From an uncultured Acidobacteriota bacterium (GTDB taxonomy: Bacteria > Acidobacteriota > Terriglobia > UBA7540), in the NCBI GenBank assembly GCA_963804995.1, contig CAWDSK010000006.1, forward strand, positions 1,856,001 through 1,920,000: a stretch of DNA of 64,000 nucleotides, in the 5' to 3' direction. The notes beneath the pieces were generated by a model, which saw only the letters and a program-made list of their open reading frames with translations, was not told the origin of the DNA and searched no databases. The position numbers were made by a program, and so were the translations under genes. This document shows, piece after piece, positions 19,794 through 30,225 of this stretch (position 1 is the stretch's first letter; every line of letters begins with the position of its first letter).

Positions 19794-20421
19794 ATCGGGA
19801 TAGGGGGAGCGGTTGCCCGCCCACCCCTCCCACACCACCGTACGTACGGAGCGCGTATACGGCGGTTCCGTGACTTAAGCCCGCGGGGGCCGGAGTTTCG
19901 ATACGCGTTTCGCCGATGGAGGCTTCGCCGCTCCCAAGGTCCTTTCGGGCTTCACCCTATCCGCCCCTGGCAAGCTCAGCCGAAGCTGATTGGCTGGCGC
20001 ATGGCCATCCATGAGAACCGCGCACTACTCTTCACGATCACGGTTCGGGCCTTCGTCCCGATAGGTCGGGACTAATCTGCCCTATGCTGACTTCTGCCTG
20101 GAGTCCAGAACACCTTACGATGTCCTCAGTCACGAAGCCGTGACACCAGGCAGATCTCCCGAGGTAAGTTCGACCGCCTTCCGTGCATCGCCGCCGAATC
20201 TACGTTTTGCGCTCTTGATGGATAGGGGCTTCGCGAAACCTGGCCCGCTCGCCCAACGCTCACGCCTTCTATCCGGTTTTTGTCCATCGGCTCGCACGTT
20301 TGTTCCACGCTTCCTTCAGACCCCGCCTCGCGACGACGCCCTTGCGCTTCGCTAACCCTTCACCTCCATCAGGTTGGGTAGGGGACTTTCACCCCCAAGC
20401 TGTCGAACATGCTCGGCACAC
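19794..20421 (-). mobile_element. Group II intron, class IIC-like, ORF-less (RT gene deleted)
   Basis: Minus strand starts GTGTGCCGAGCATG; DV GAACCGCCGTATACG...CGTACGTACGGTGGTGTGGGAGG; DVI ends CCCCCTATCCCGAT; 628 nt with no RT ORF. Confidence 0.9.
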
Positions 20422-20424
20422 CAA

Positions 20425-20942
20425 GTAGCGCAGAGTCTCCCGCACTCCGAGACTCTGCGGCTCGTCCTCAGTTCTCCCGCCCTCACCGGCACAACGTTAA
20501 ATCCCATGTTTATCAAACTAAGAGCCGCAGAGTGTGAAAGGGCCACACTCTGCGCTACCCCATCTTTCCCGCTTGTTTCCGTTTAGGCAAATTCATCCTC
20601 ACATGACCATTCGAGGGTAGCGCAGAGTCTCACGCTCTTCGAGACTCTGCGGCTCGTCCTCAGATGCATTATGATCGCCGATATGATGTTACTACGCATG
20701 TTTATCAATTCACGAACCGCAGAGTGTGAAAGGCACACACTCTGCGCTACCCCATCTTTCCCGCTTCTATCCGTCCAGGCAAATTCATTCCCAGGTGACC
20801 AATCGAGGGTAGCGCAGAGACTCGCGCTCTTTGAGACTCTGCGGCCCTTCCTCAGTTCTCCCGCCCTCACCGGCACAACGTTACATCCCATGTTTATCAA
20901 ACTAAGAGCCGCAGAGTGTGAAAGAACCACACTCTGCGCTAC
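20425..20942. repeat. Tandem array of three 192-bp REPIN/BIME-like units
   Basis: Units start at 20425, 20617, 20809 with gtagcgcagag..ctc..gagactctgcgg and carry the inverted ccgcagagtgtgaaag..cacactctgcgctacc; related copies near 17550-17610, 47960-48090 and 58660-58841. Confidence 0.9.
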
Positions 20943-21481
20943 CGGCTTACGACCTCCAGAGAAATCGGGCTACCACGTCACATGTCCTCACACTGTATTA
21001 CTATTACCCCGCGTGCTAATTAAACTAAGGACCGCACAGCAGAAACCCCAGCCGCCGCGATGCCTCCAGAACATCGATGATCGATGCGTATTCCGACTCG
21101 TTGAATCGCCGAAAGCGCCGGCGAAGGTTTACACTGAGAAAGAAGATCACGTCAGTCTGGAGGAGGCCATGGACGTTCGACACGCCCGCAGGTTACCACC
21201 ACGCCCCAAGGCCCACAAGCACCCACGTCAAGCGCCACAATTGCGGCGATAATCAACGGAGGTTTTCGCATCAAGGGAAAAGCCCACGGACAGAAAAGCG
21301 CTGTCCGTGGCAACCCGCTTAAGTGCGGGGTTGGTTCTTTGGCCGAATGGTTGGCGATGGCTTGGCGGTCGTGGTAAAGACGGTAATGGCGCTGACAGCT
21401 TGAAGCCTGCTCCCAGAGGCGGTAAAATCCCGCCACAAAAAGCCCATACGGCCCATACGGCCAGAACGGGAGGATGGTCAC

Positions 21482-22051
21482 ATGACCACTAAGAAGTCGA
21501 CCCCCAAGAAACGAAAAGCCACCCAGCGCGCGCCGCAGCGGTCGAAGCACCCTTCGGCGCGCGACTTCTCGCGAGCGGACAAGGCCTTGCGCGAGCATGT
21601 TCTTTACCTGCTGAAAGGCGGGGGGGCGCACCTTGCGTTTGAGCAGGCTGTCGCTGACCTGCCGGCTGAGTTGCGCACCCGCAAGCCATCTGGAGTTGCC
21701 CACTCCGTCTGGGAACTGCTGGAACACCTGCGCATAGGGCAATGGGATATTTTGGAATTCAGCCGCAACCCGCAGCACGTCTCTCCGGAATGGCCGTCCG
21801 GCTACTGGCCGCCCCCCGGATTTGAGCCCGACCAGAAAGCTTGGGATGCCAGCCTCGAAACCTTCCGCCGCGACCTGCACGCGATGGAGAAGCTGGTAGC
21901 CGCTCCTTCCACCAATCTGTTCGCCAGGATTCCACACGGCGACGGGCAGACAATCTTGCGGGAGGCCCTGCTGGTGGCTGACCACAACGCCTACCACCTG
22001 GGGCAGATCGTGCAACTGCGCCGCCTGCTTGACGCCTGGCCTGGAAATTAG
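21482..22051 (+). CDS. DinB/YfiT-like family protein
   Basis: [28 protein letters not shown]is-triad pattern. Confidence 0.85.
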   Translation: MTTKKSTPKKRKATQRAPQRSKHPSARDFSRADKALREHVLYLLKGGGAHLAFEQAVADLPAELRTRKPSGVAHSVWELLEHLRIGQWDILEFSRNPQHVSPEWPSGYWPPPGFEPDQKAWDASLETFRRDLHAMEKLVAAPSTNLFARIPHGDGQTILREALLVADHNAYHLGQIVQLRRLLDAWPGN

Positions 22052-22056
22052 GGCGG

Positions 22057-22235
22057 ACGTAGGGCCGAACGGCGTTCGGCCTTGGGCCAGCGCCGCCCCG
22101 GCGTCCGAAGCCGACTCTGGGCGTAGGACGCCCCGGCTGGAAAGTCCGCCGATCCTAAATGGTGGACGCCAGAAGCCGGCTCTGGGGCGCAGGACGCCCC
22201 GGCGTCCGAAGCCAACTCTGGGGCGCAGGACGCTG
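22057..22235. repeat. REP hairpin followed by short tandem repeats (acgccccggcgtccgaagcc..ctctggggcgcagg)
   Basis: gtagggccgaacggcgttcggcc hairpin then 3-4 imperfect repeats. Confidence 0.6.
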
Positions 22236-22741
22236 GTCCCTACACCTTTGGTTGTGCCCCTACCGCGCTGCGCTGCTGTCAGACGCTGCGGCTCTTAACT
22301 TGGCGAGGGCTGGGTTGAGTCCTACAGACGGGCAGGCCGTACGTCCAACTCGACGAGCAGCGCGGCGCGGCGAAGCCGCAACCAAAAAGAGAATCATAGC
22401 CCTCTCCGCAGGGGAGAGGGTGGACCGAGGCCAGCGTTTTTACGAGCTGGCGCGGGACGGGTGAGGGGTCACTTTCGGGAAGTAGCACAATATTCTTGCT
22501 AAAAAAATTTACGGTATTGCATTGCGGAGGGGGGCACGGCATGGCGCACCCTCCGATTTTACTCTTGAAGGCCAGCGACTTTTTGTCAAAGTGCGACTGT
22601 CCCAGAAGTTGCTCTCCGCGGGGCATAGCGAGCGAGGTCCCACTTAATTCCTCAAAGACATGCGTTATTGACATGCGTTTTACGCAAGGACTTTTTGTTT
22701 GCGGCTCCGCCCTGCCCCACTTCATTTTATGGCAGTGATAA

Positions 22742-23038
22742 ATCGAAGTAAACCGCCGCGACGGTTTCACGATTGCCGTCTCGCAGGGGCGGCACATCGC
22801 CCCTATCGCCAAGCGCACCGTGTTGAGCGACGACGCGCTCAGCATCCTGGTTCCCATTCTCGAGGAAATTGCCGGCTGGGATACCACGCGCATCCGCACC
22901 TTCTTCGAGGCGCAAGGCCTCCTCATCCAGGAGTGGGACCGAGTCCGCGCGGACTGGCTCACCATCACCCCACAGCCCCCGCAGCCGCCGTCCGACCCAA
23001 GCGATAAAGGCGAATCAGCACCAGCGCGGGCTTCGTAG
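22742..23038 (+). pseudogene. Probable C-terminal gene fragment of unknown function
   Basis: Open frame [42 protein letters not shown]... with host-like codon bias but no convincing start. Confidence 0.35.
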
Positions 23039-23470
23039 AAATCCACGTCATTTCTATCAACTGAGCCCTCGGTCCTGCCGATACCGATGTGGGGGAGTGT
23101 GGGCCGCGCGGGGGTGGGGTTGGATGGTCCCCCATGCTTGGTATTCCGCCGAGCTCGCCGATCCAATGTCCAGAATCACAAATCCAAAGTTCCAGGGCAG
23201 TCGGCGCCGCATTTTCCTCCTCCGCATCGTCGGTCCTGCCGATACCGATTTGGGGGAGTGTGGGCCGCCGGGTGGAGATGTTTTGGATGTTCGCTGATGC
23301 TCGGCTATACGGCTGCCCGGCAATCCGCGAATCCGGAGAGGCAAGTCCGCAGTAGCTCTGCCGCTGGGTGGTGTGGGTTGGGATGTTTTCCCATGCTCGG
23401 TGTTCCGCCTTTTTCCCCGTTCCGAGGATCCGGAGTAACAGACGTGAGCAATCCTGTCGCCGCCCTCCGT

Positions 23471-24790
23471 CTATTGCTTGTATCGTTTTTGATAAAACTC
23501 CAGGATCTGCTTCAGCTCTTCGGGTTTCATCCCGGCCTTCCAGCGGTGCCAGTCGGTTGCGAGAACGCTTTGGGTAATGCCCGGTTCGAGCTGTTCGGCC
23601 TCTGGCAGGAACTCGTTATAAAAGTTCTTCGAGACCTCGTAGAAGCCGTGCCACTGGGTATAGTCGGGACCCATCATGGCCGTCCCCATACGGGCGCGTC
23701 GACCCTGATGATGCCACAACTCGTAATACGTCCACTCGATTTTCTCGTCGAAAGGCGTGCGCGTCAGCTTGCCGTCCGCGTAGAGCTTCTCCATGATGGC
23801 GCGCGCGGGCTTGCCGAATTTCTCGTTGTAGAGGTCCACGGTCAGGTCGTACTGTTTGTAGAAGTTCTCCACCCACCCTGTGGCATGGCAATTGGCGCAG
23901 ACATCCTTCATGGCCGCGCGCCGCTTTTCCCAATTCTCAAGTTTGATTGAGACGGCCGGGCGCAGCGTCCAACTGATGCGGTCGCCGGTGTCGTGCGTCA
24001 CGGCTTGAGTCGATGTGGCGCTCATGTGGCAGGTGGCGCAGGTGGGTGCGGAATAATAATCTGTGCCCACCACCCAGCTCTTGGAATCCAGATTCATCTT
24101 GGCAATATTGGCGCGGAACTGGATGCCGTGCTTCGACTCGTTGTAAATCTCGATCTGGGGATGGTCCGGCCCCATGTGGCACTTGCCGCAATTTTCGGGT
24201 TGGCGGGCCTGGGCAGCGGAAAACGCATGCCGGCCGTGGCACGCCGCGCACGACCCCTTTGATCCGTCAGGATTGATGCGGCCAATGCCGCTGTTGGGCC
24301 AGGTGGCGGGATCAAACTTCCCTTCCCCGCGGTACGCCACCGTGCTTCCATGGCATTGCATGCACCCGTTGATGACGGCCGGGCCGCCTTCCACGACTTC
24401 GCCCAGCACGTTGTCAAGCGAGCCGATGAACTTGGCGGCGTCCGCGTGGTGGCTTGCCTCAAATTGCCTGGTCTCCTTGGCGTGGCAGCGCGCGCAGTAG
24501 TTCGGCGTGACGATTACGGCAATCTGCTGGCCGTAATGGTCAAACGCCGCGGGATCGCCGGGATTCGCCTGGTGGCAGGAGTAGCAGTCTACCCGCGCCG
24601 CCGCGTGGCGACTCTGCCGCCACTGCTCCACCGCCCCGGGCGTCGTGGATTCGTGGCAGTCCAGGCATTTCTGCCCCGCTGGTGAAACCTGCGGTGATGC
24701 TTCCGTGCCCGTCAGTAGACCTTGAAAACCAGTTATCAATACCAGAAGAAGGAAAGCCCGGAAGGATGCAACTTGCGGGGTAAGTCTCAT
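23471..24790 (-). CDS. Octaheme cytochrome c, hydroxylamine oxidoreductase (HAO)-like
   Basis: Signal peptide; eight CxxCH motifs (CLDCH, CYSCH, CARCH, CMQCH, CAACH, CGKCH, CATCH, CANCH); GPDHPQ and WHHQGRRARMG..MMGPDY. Confidence 0.88.
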   Translation of the reverse strand: MRLTPQVASFRAFLLLVLITGFQGLLTGTEASPQVSPAGQKCLDCHESTTPGAVEQWRQSRHAAARVDCYSCHQANPGDPAAFDHYGQQIAVIVTPNYCARCHAKETRQFEASHHADAAKFIGSLDNVLGEVVEGGPAVINGCMQCHGSTVAYRGEGKFDPATWPNSGIGRINPDGSKGSCAACHGRHAFSAAQARQPENCGKCHMGPDHPQIEIYNESKHGIQFRANIAKMNLDSKSWVVGTDYYSAPTCATCHMSATSTQAVTHDTGDRISWTLRPAVSIKLENWEKRRAAMKDVCANCHATGWVENFYKQYDLTVDLYNEKFGKPARAIMEKLYADGKLTRTPFDEKIEWTYYELWHHQGRRARMGTAMMGPDYTQWHGFYEVSKNFYNEFLPEAEQLEPGITQSVLATDWHRWKAGMKPEELKQILEFYQKRYKQ

Positions 24791-25036
24791 CAGAATCCCC
24801 CCTGAAATTAAAAGTCGGCAAGACTGCGGCAGGCACTCCGCGGAAGCATGGTGTCGAACCTAAATTCCGCAAGCCACCGAGTCCTGGCGAGGGAGACTCT
24901 CGGGTGTGGAGGGTATTGTAAACGATATTGGGCGGCCGACAGTGACCTAAGTCACGGGCCGGGGTCAGCAGGCCATCGGCCCCCGGGGCGGGTTGACGAT
25001 CCCAAGGTTGGGGGGCCGGATCCGGTTCGTCCCCAA

Positions 25037-26020
25037 CTACTTTCCCGTAGGCGGAAGGCGGTCTTTCTCCGCCTTGACGCGAATCAGGCTATAAGGCTTC
25101 TGCTTGAGAGTGTCAGAAAGCTCTTTGAGATTCTCGCTCGTGATGCGAATGTTCTCCAGCGTCTCGTCCAGGTTGCCCCGATTCCCATCCAGCGTATCGT
25201 CCAGATTGACGATCAGCCGCTGCGCATCGGCGAGGGAGCTATCGAGGCGAAGAAGCGTGTCATGAATCTCCTTGCGATTTTCAACCAACATGGCGTCCAG
25301 GTGATCGGCCAGCTTGTTGGTCTTGCCGAGGGTGACGTTGACATTGTCGACCGTAGGCGGCAGTTTGGCGCTGGTGGTTTCGATGTTGCCGAGGGTCTTC
25401 TCGATGTGGGGACGCATGTCCTTCAGCATCCCATCGCTATTGGCGAGCACGGAACTGAAATGTTCGCGGTTTTCCGGGTTCACAACCTCGTTCATGTTCT
25501 TGATCAACTCGGTGGCATTATCAGAAAGCGTAAGCACGCGCTCGTCGAGATCACCCACCAGTTTATTGGCATTCACCGTAATGTTGTTGACGTTGTTAAA
25601 CACATCCGCCAACTGCACGATCTCCATAGCCTGAAGCTCGCTGCCACCTGGAAGGAGCGGAGCATCCCGAGTGCCGGCGGAGACCTCCAGGTAGTTCTCT
25701 CCCAAAAAACCCAGCGAGGAGATGCGGGCCTTGGAATTGGTCCGGAAGGGTGTGCCGGCGTCCACCTGGAGCTTGACGAGGATGCGAGTTGAATCCTTCG
25801 GGTCAATTCTGGCTGATTCGATCGTGCCCACCTTGAGGCCGCCGAAGCGGACCAGGCTGCCGGGATCAAGCCCGCCCGCGAACTTAAAGTAAGTGGTGTA
25901 TTCAACTTTCTTCTTGCGAAACAGGTTGACCCCGCCCACGAAGACCAGCGCGGTCAGAAACACCACCACCGCTATCGCTACCACGACTCCGACCTTAATC
26001 TCCTCGTTTTTGCGCGCCAT
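25037..26020 (-). CDS. mlaD: MCE/MlaD family protein
   Basis: N-terminal TM, GGLDPGSLVRFGGLKVGTI, LGENYLEV, long helical tail. Confidence 0.9.
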   Translation of the reverse strand: MARKNEEIKVGVVVAIAVVVFLTALVFVGGVNLFRKKKVEYTTYFKFAGGLDPGSLVRFGGLKVGTIESARIDPKDSTRILVKLQVDAGTPFRTNSKARISSLGFLGENYLEVSAGTRDAPLLPGGSELQAMEIVQLADVFNNVNNITVNANKLVGDLDERVLTLSDNATELIKNMNEVVNPENREHFSSVLANSDGMLKDMRPHIEKTLGNIETTSAKLPPTVDNVNVTLGKTNKLADHLDAMLVENRKEIHDTLLRLDSSLADAQRLIVNLDDTLDGNRGNLDETLENIRITSENLKELSDTLKQKPYSLIRVKAEKDRLPPTGK

Positions 26021-26163
26021 ATGTCCTTCCTCGTAGCAGATGTCAGGTTCCAGGTATCAGGCGGCAGGGGTCGAAAATCGAAACTCGATGCAGCTTTCAC
26101 GAGTTTCGAATTTCGATTTTCGAGTTTCGGTCCTTCCTGACCCCTGATACCTGACACCTGTCC

Positions 26164-26964
26164 CTACGTCTGTGTGATCGTACGCAAATATTCCTGAGCG
26201 TCTATCTGGTCGCCCTCGGGAATCCGGTTCATGAATTGCACCACGCGCGGGTGCTGGTTGTTGCGAATCTCTTCCGGCGTTCCGATGGCAATCACCTCGC
26301 CGCGGTCCATCACGGTAATGCGGTCGGCAATCATAAAGGCGCTGGCCATCTCATGCGTGACCACGATGATGGTCATCCGGAAAGCAAGCTTCAGCTTCAG
26401 GATCAGCGAATCGATTCCCGCCGCGGTGATGGGATCCAGTCCGGCCGAGGGCTCATCGAACAGCAGGATCTCCGGGTCCATGGCCAGGGCCCGCGCCAGG
26501 CCCGCCCGCTTCTTCATGCCGCCGCTCAGTTGCGCGGGCATGTAGTTTTCAAACCCGCTCAGCCCCACCAGGTCCAGCTTGATGCGGGTCATGATGCGGA
26601 TCGTGGATTCTTCGAGGTGGGTCAGCTCGCGCAAGGGCAGCGCCACGTTTTCCTCAATGGTCATCGAATTGAAAAGCGCCGCGCTCTGGAACAGCATGCC
26701 GATTTTGCGCCGGAGCTGGTTGAAACGCTCCTCCGAAATGGAGCAGATATCGTGGCCGCGGATCAGGATCCGGCCCGAAGAGGGAAGCTCCAGGCGCATG
26801 ATATGGCGCAGCAAGGTGCTCTTTCCGGTTCCGCTGCCCCCCAGAATCACCATGGTCTCGCCCGTGGGAAAGTCCAGGTTGACGTGGTTCAGGATGCGCC
26901 GCTCACCGTAGTGGGTGACCAGGTCCTCCACGCGAATCATAGGGCCTTCGAATTCATTCGGCAT
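26164..26964 (-). CDS. mlaF: ABC transporter ATP-binding protein, MlaF/Mkl type
   Basis: GGSGTGKS, LFQSAALF, LSGGMKKR, FDEPSAGLD, VTHE. Confidence 0.92.
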   Translation of the reverse strand: MPNEFEGPMIRVEDLVTHYGERRILNHVNLDFPTGETMVILGGSGTGKSTLLRHIMRLELPSSGRILIRGHDICSISEERFNQLRRKIGMLFQSAALFNSMTIEENVALPLRELTHLEESTIRIMTRIKLDLVGLSGFENYMPAQLSGGMKKRAGLARALAMDPEILLFDEPSAGLDPITAAGIDSLILKLKLAFRMTIIVVTHEMASAFMIADRITVMDRGEVIAIGTPEEIRNNQHPRVVQFMNRIPEGDQIDAQEYLRTITQT

Positions 26965-26966
26965 AA

Positions 26967-27762
26967 TCAACCCGTGTAGTAGAAAATCCCCGTAAAAATC
27001 ACATCCGCAAAGATAATCAGGAAAATCGAAACCACGACCGAGGAGGTCGTTGCCTTGCCCACACCCTCGGCCCCACCCTTCACGGCGAAACCTTCGTAGC
27101 AACCCACCCCGGTGATGATGAGGCCAAACACCAGGCTTTTCACCAGGCCCGTAGTGATGTCACGCATCACCAGCGCCTCTTGCGTCGCGCTCAAAAAGAT
27201 CAGGAACGACTGATGGAGTTGCAGGACCTCAAAGAGGGCGCCGCCCAAAATCCCGGAAAGATCGGAAAGTATCGTGAGGCAGGGCATCATGACCAGCAGC
27301 GCGAGATACTTGGGAACCACCAGGTAGCGCACGCTGTTCGAGCCCCATAGCCTCCAGGGCATCGATTTCTTCCGATACTTTCATCGTGCCGAGTTCGGCT
27401 GCGAAGGCCGAACCGGACCGCCCCGCGATGACGATAGCCGTAATCAGCGGCCCCAGTTCGCGCGTCATGGAAACGCCCACCAGCGCCGTGACGAAGTAGG
27501 ACGCTCCAAACTTCTGAAGCTGGTACGCGCCCTGCAAGGCCATTACGATTCCGATAAAAAGGGAGATCAGGCAAACGATGGGGATGGAATTCACCCCGGC
27601 CATCACCATCTGGTGGATGGCGTTACGCCACTTCACGTTCAGGCCCTTGAACGGCGCCACGAAGGTCCAGTAGGCGGCCTTCCGACTGAGCTCGTAGAGG
27701 CCGCTCACATAGCGGATGAAATCCAGCGTATTGCGTCCAAGGAAAGCGAGAACGCCAGTCAT
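26967..27762 (-). CDS. mlaE: MlaE family ABC permease, frameshifted near 27340
   Basis: RELGPLITAIVIAGRSGSAFAAELGTMKVSEEIDAL continues in another frame to GGAEGVGKATTSSVV. Confidence 0.88.
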
Positions 27763-27796
27763 TTTCTGCCCTTGTTAGATCTCAGAATTCGCCCGC

Positions 27797-28156
27797 TCAG
27801 ATCCCACCGAAAGGTTGAACCGAACCGATCTTTTCCACGGCTTCCGCCTCGTCTTCAAAAATCGTGAAGACCTTGTGAAGCCGCGCCAACTCCAGCACCG
27901 AACGCGCATTCTTCCGCAGAGCAAAAAGGCCGAAGCGTGATTTGGTCTGCCGGGAGAGCTGCAGGCCCTCGACCAGCGTGGCGATGCCGGAACTGTCGAT
28001 GTAGGGCACTTCAGACATGTTAACCAGAACGCTGGGACCGCCCGGCTTAATCTCCGCCAATAAGGCTTCGCGCAAACGTGGCGAAGAATAGAGATCGACG
28101 TCGCCTGTGCAGTCGAGAATCGAGATACTATCCAGATTGCGAACTTGAACCTTCAT
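27797..28156 (-). CDS. STAS-domain anti-anti-sigma factor (RsbV/SpoIIAA-like)
   Basis: GDVDLYSSPRLRE, YIDSSGIATLV with phosphorylatable Ser. Confidence 0.88.
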   Translation of the reverse strand: MKVQVRNLDSISILDCTGDVDLYSSPRLREALLAEIKPGGPSVLVNMSEVPYIDSSGIATLVEGLQLSRQTKSRFGLFALRKNARSVLELARLHKVFTIFEDEAEAVEKIGSVQPFGGI

Positions 28157-28569
28157 GGCGAGAGGAGCCCTTTCTTGACAGATACTTGACCAACCTCAGG
28201 CGATTACCTTCCTTAAAATCCTGGTCGAAACTGCATTCATCCATAAAGCTGGTGATAAAGAAAGTGCCGAGTCCCCCCGGCCGGAACGTCATCCAGTTTG
28301 CGGGGACGGATCAGGTCCTCGCGAACCTTCGGACCCCAATCCTCCAGGATGAACTCCAGCCGATCTGAAAAAGGGCGAACCTCCAACACCAGGCGCGCCT
28401 GGGGGCGGCCGCCATACGTATGCCGGATAATGTTGGCGGCAGCCTCGTCAATGGCCATGGCAAGGCAATCTGCGTCACACTCGGAAAAGCCCGCTTCCTG
28501 CGCGCGGAATCTTACCACACCCCGCAGAATATTCAGAAGGCGCGGCTCACTACCAATGGCAATTCTCAT
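28128..28569 (-). CDS. RsbW-like anti-sigma factor/Ser kinase, frameshifted near 28285
   Basis: AIDEAAANIIRHTY, LEDWG; alternative frame restores GGLGTFFITSFMD...GNRLRLVKY. Confidence 0.82.
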
Positions 28570-30140
28570 GAAGTCGCAACCCCCGACTGCGGGGGATTCC
28601 ACATGACCGCCAGTACGGTCAAGTCATCTTCCGGAGGTTCGGGAGAAATCCTGCCAATTTCTTTGAAGATTCCCTCCACAACCTGATCAACGCCGGAACT
28701 CTCCTTACTGAAAACCTCTGCCAGCTTGTCCAGTTTGAAAACCGCCCGGTCACCGCACAGAGCTTCCACCACTCCATCCGTCACCAGGAGCAACGTATCG
28801 CCCGGCGCGAGCTGAAGTTTGCGATCAGCCAGCAGCGGACGATCCTCGATGCCGAGGGGAAACCCCTCGTCGCCGTATAGTATCTCCACCTCACGGGTTG
28901 GCCCGTGGCGGAGGAGGATTGGAAGGTGACCCCCATTAGCATACCAGAGTTCGCCCGATTGTGCGTCAAGTGCCATGAAAGTCATGGTGACGAATAACCC
29001 CCGGGTGGAGCGCTTCAAAAGTTGCTGATTGAGCCGCTCCAGGGCTTCACGAGGGCTGGAGGTGCGTGCCGCGGCAGAGCGAAAATCGCTGACCAGGCGG
29101 GCCAGGTAAAGCGCCGCGGCAATGCCTCGGCCGGCCACATCGCCGATTACGATGCCTTGACGACCGTCTGCGAGGTCCACAAAATCGTAGAAGTCACCGC
29201 CCACCACCGCGGCCGGTACGGTACGGGCGCGCGTGCAGAACCAGGGTGAGCAGGGAAATCCCACGGGTTGGAAGCTGCGCTGGATCTCCGCGGCCAGGCT
29301 CAGCTCCTGCTCCATTTTCCGTCTTTCCAGCAGTTCATTCTGCAAACGGCCCCGCTCTTCCGCCGCCACCGCTAATCTGTCCACCATCCGGTTGAAAGAG
29401 CGGGCCAGATCGCCCACCTCATCGTGAGAGCGAATATTGAGGCAGATATTGAGATTCCCCGCAGCAATCTCGGAAGTGCTTTCTGCCATCAGCTTCAAAG
29501 GACGGGTCACGCTGCGGGCGAGGAAGAAACTCAGAATCACCGCCACGCCCGCCGCCGCCAGTCCCGAAAGGAGCGTGGATTTCAGCCGCTCCCGCGCCTC
29601 CACCTGCAGCTCAGAGGCGCGCAGATCCGCCCCCAACACCGCCACCACTCACCCCTGACGATCTCGCAGGGGGTGAAAGGCGGAGAGCCATTGGTCATCG
29701 GATGAGTCCTCATAGATCTCAGTGGTGATAGGATACCCGCCCTCCAGGCATTTTCGCACACTGGCGGTGACGGCCGACCCCGGATCGGCTTCCGTCACCA
29801 CCCCTTGCCACAACAAAACGCGCGGGGCGCCATCAGATCCGGAGATCAACACGTAAATACGGGCTACCGTGGGGTTGTCAATCGATAACGAGCGCAGAAC
29901 CTGCACCGTGGTGGTGGCATCGGTAAAGCTACCCTGACCACTCAGTCCCTCCGCCTTTTCACCGTCAATCAGCAGCGCCCCGCTGGTCACGACCTGCAAC
30001 AGTTCCTGCCGCAGCGTCGTGGCAAGGATCCGCCGTTCTTTGCGATACTGGAGCACCCCCGCCAGAAGGACGGCGAAAACTGCAAGTAGGATGTTGGCCG
30101 TAGCAATCTTCCAGGCCAGCGACGTGCGGGCCGCAGACAT
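28566..30140 (-). CDS. Membrane sensor HAMP-SpoIIE/PP2C phosphatase (RsbU-like) with in-frame TGA at 29649-29651
   Basis: Two same-frame ORFs joined at DRQG*VVAVLG; HAMP DEVGDLARSFN; VGGDFYD, IGDVAGRG, TDGVVE, DDLT. Confidence 0.85.
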
Positions 30141-30225
30141 ACGTTTGATGGTACAGGGGTATCTTTATAAAATCAATGCATCACCCGTTAATATGGGCTT
30201 GGGTTGGGTGTAGGCAGGGACTCAC

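Noticed and set aside
19794..19838. Rhs start codon at 19838 in the ORF track
   Set aside because: These codons are intron domains V-VI, not Rhs sequence
20425..20942. CRISPR array
   Set aside because: 192-bp period, long palindromic units, repeated spacers and no cas operon
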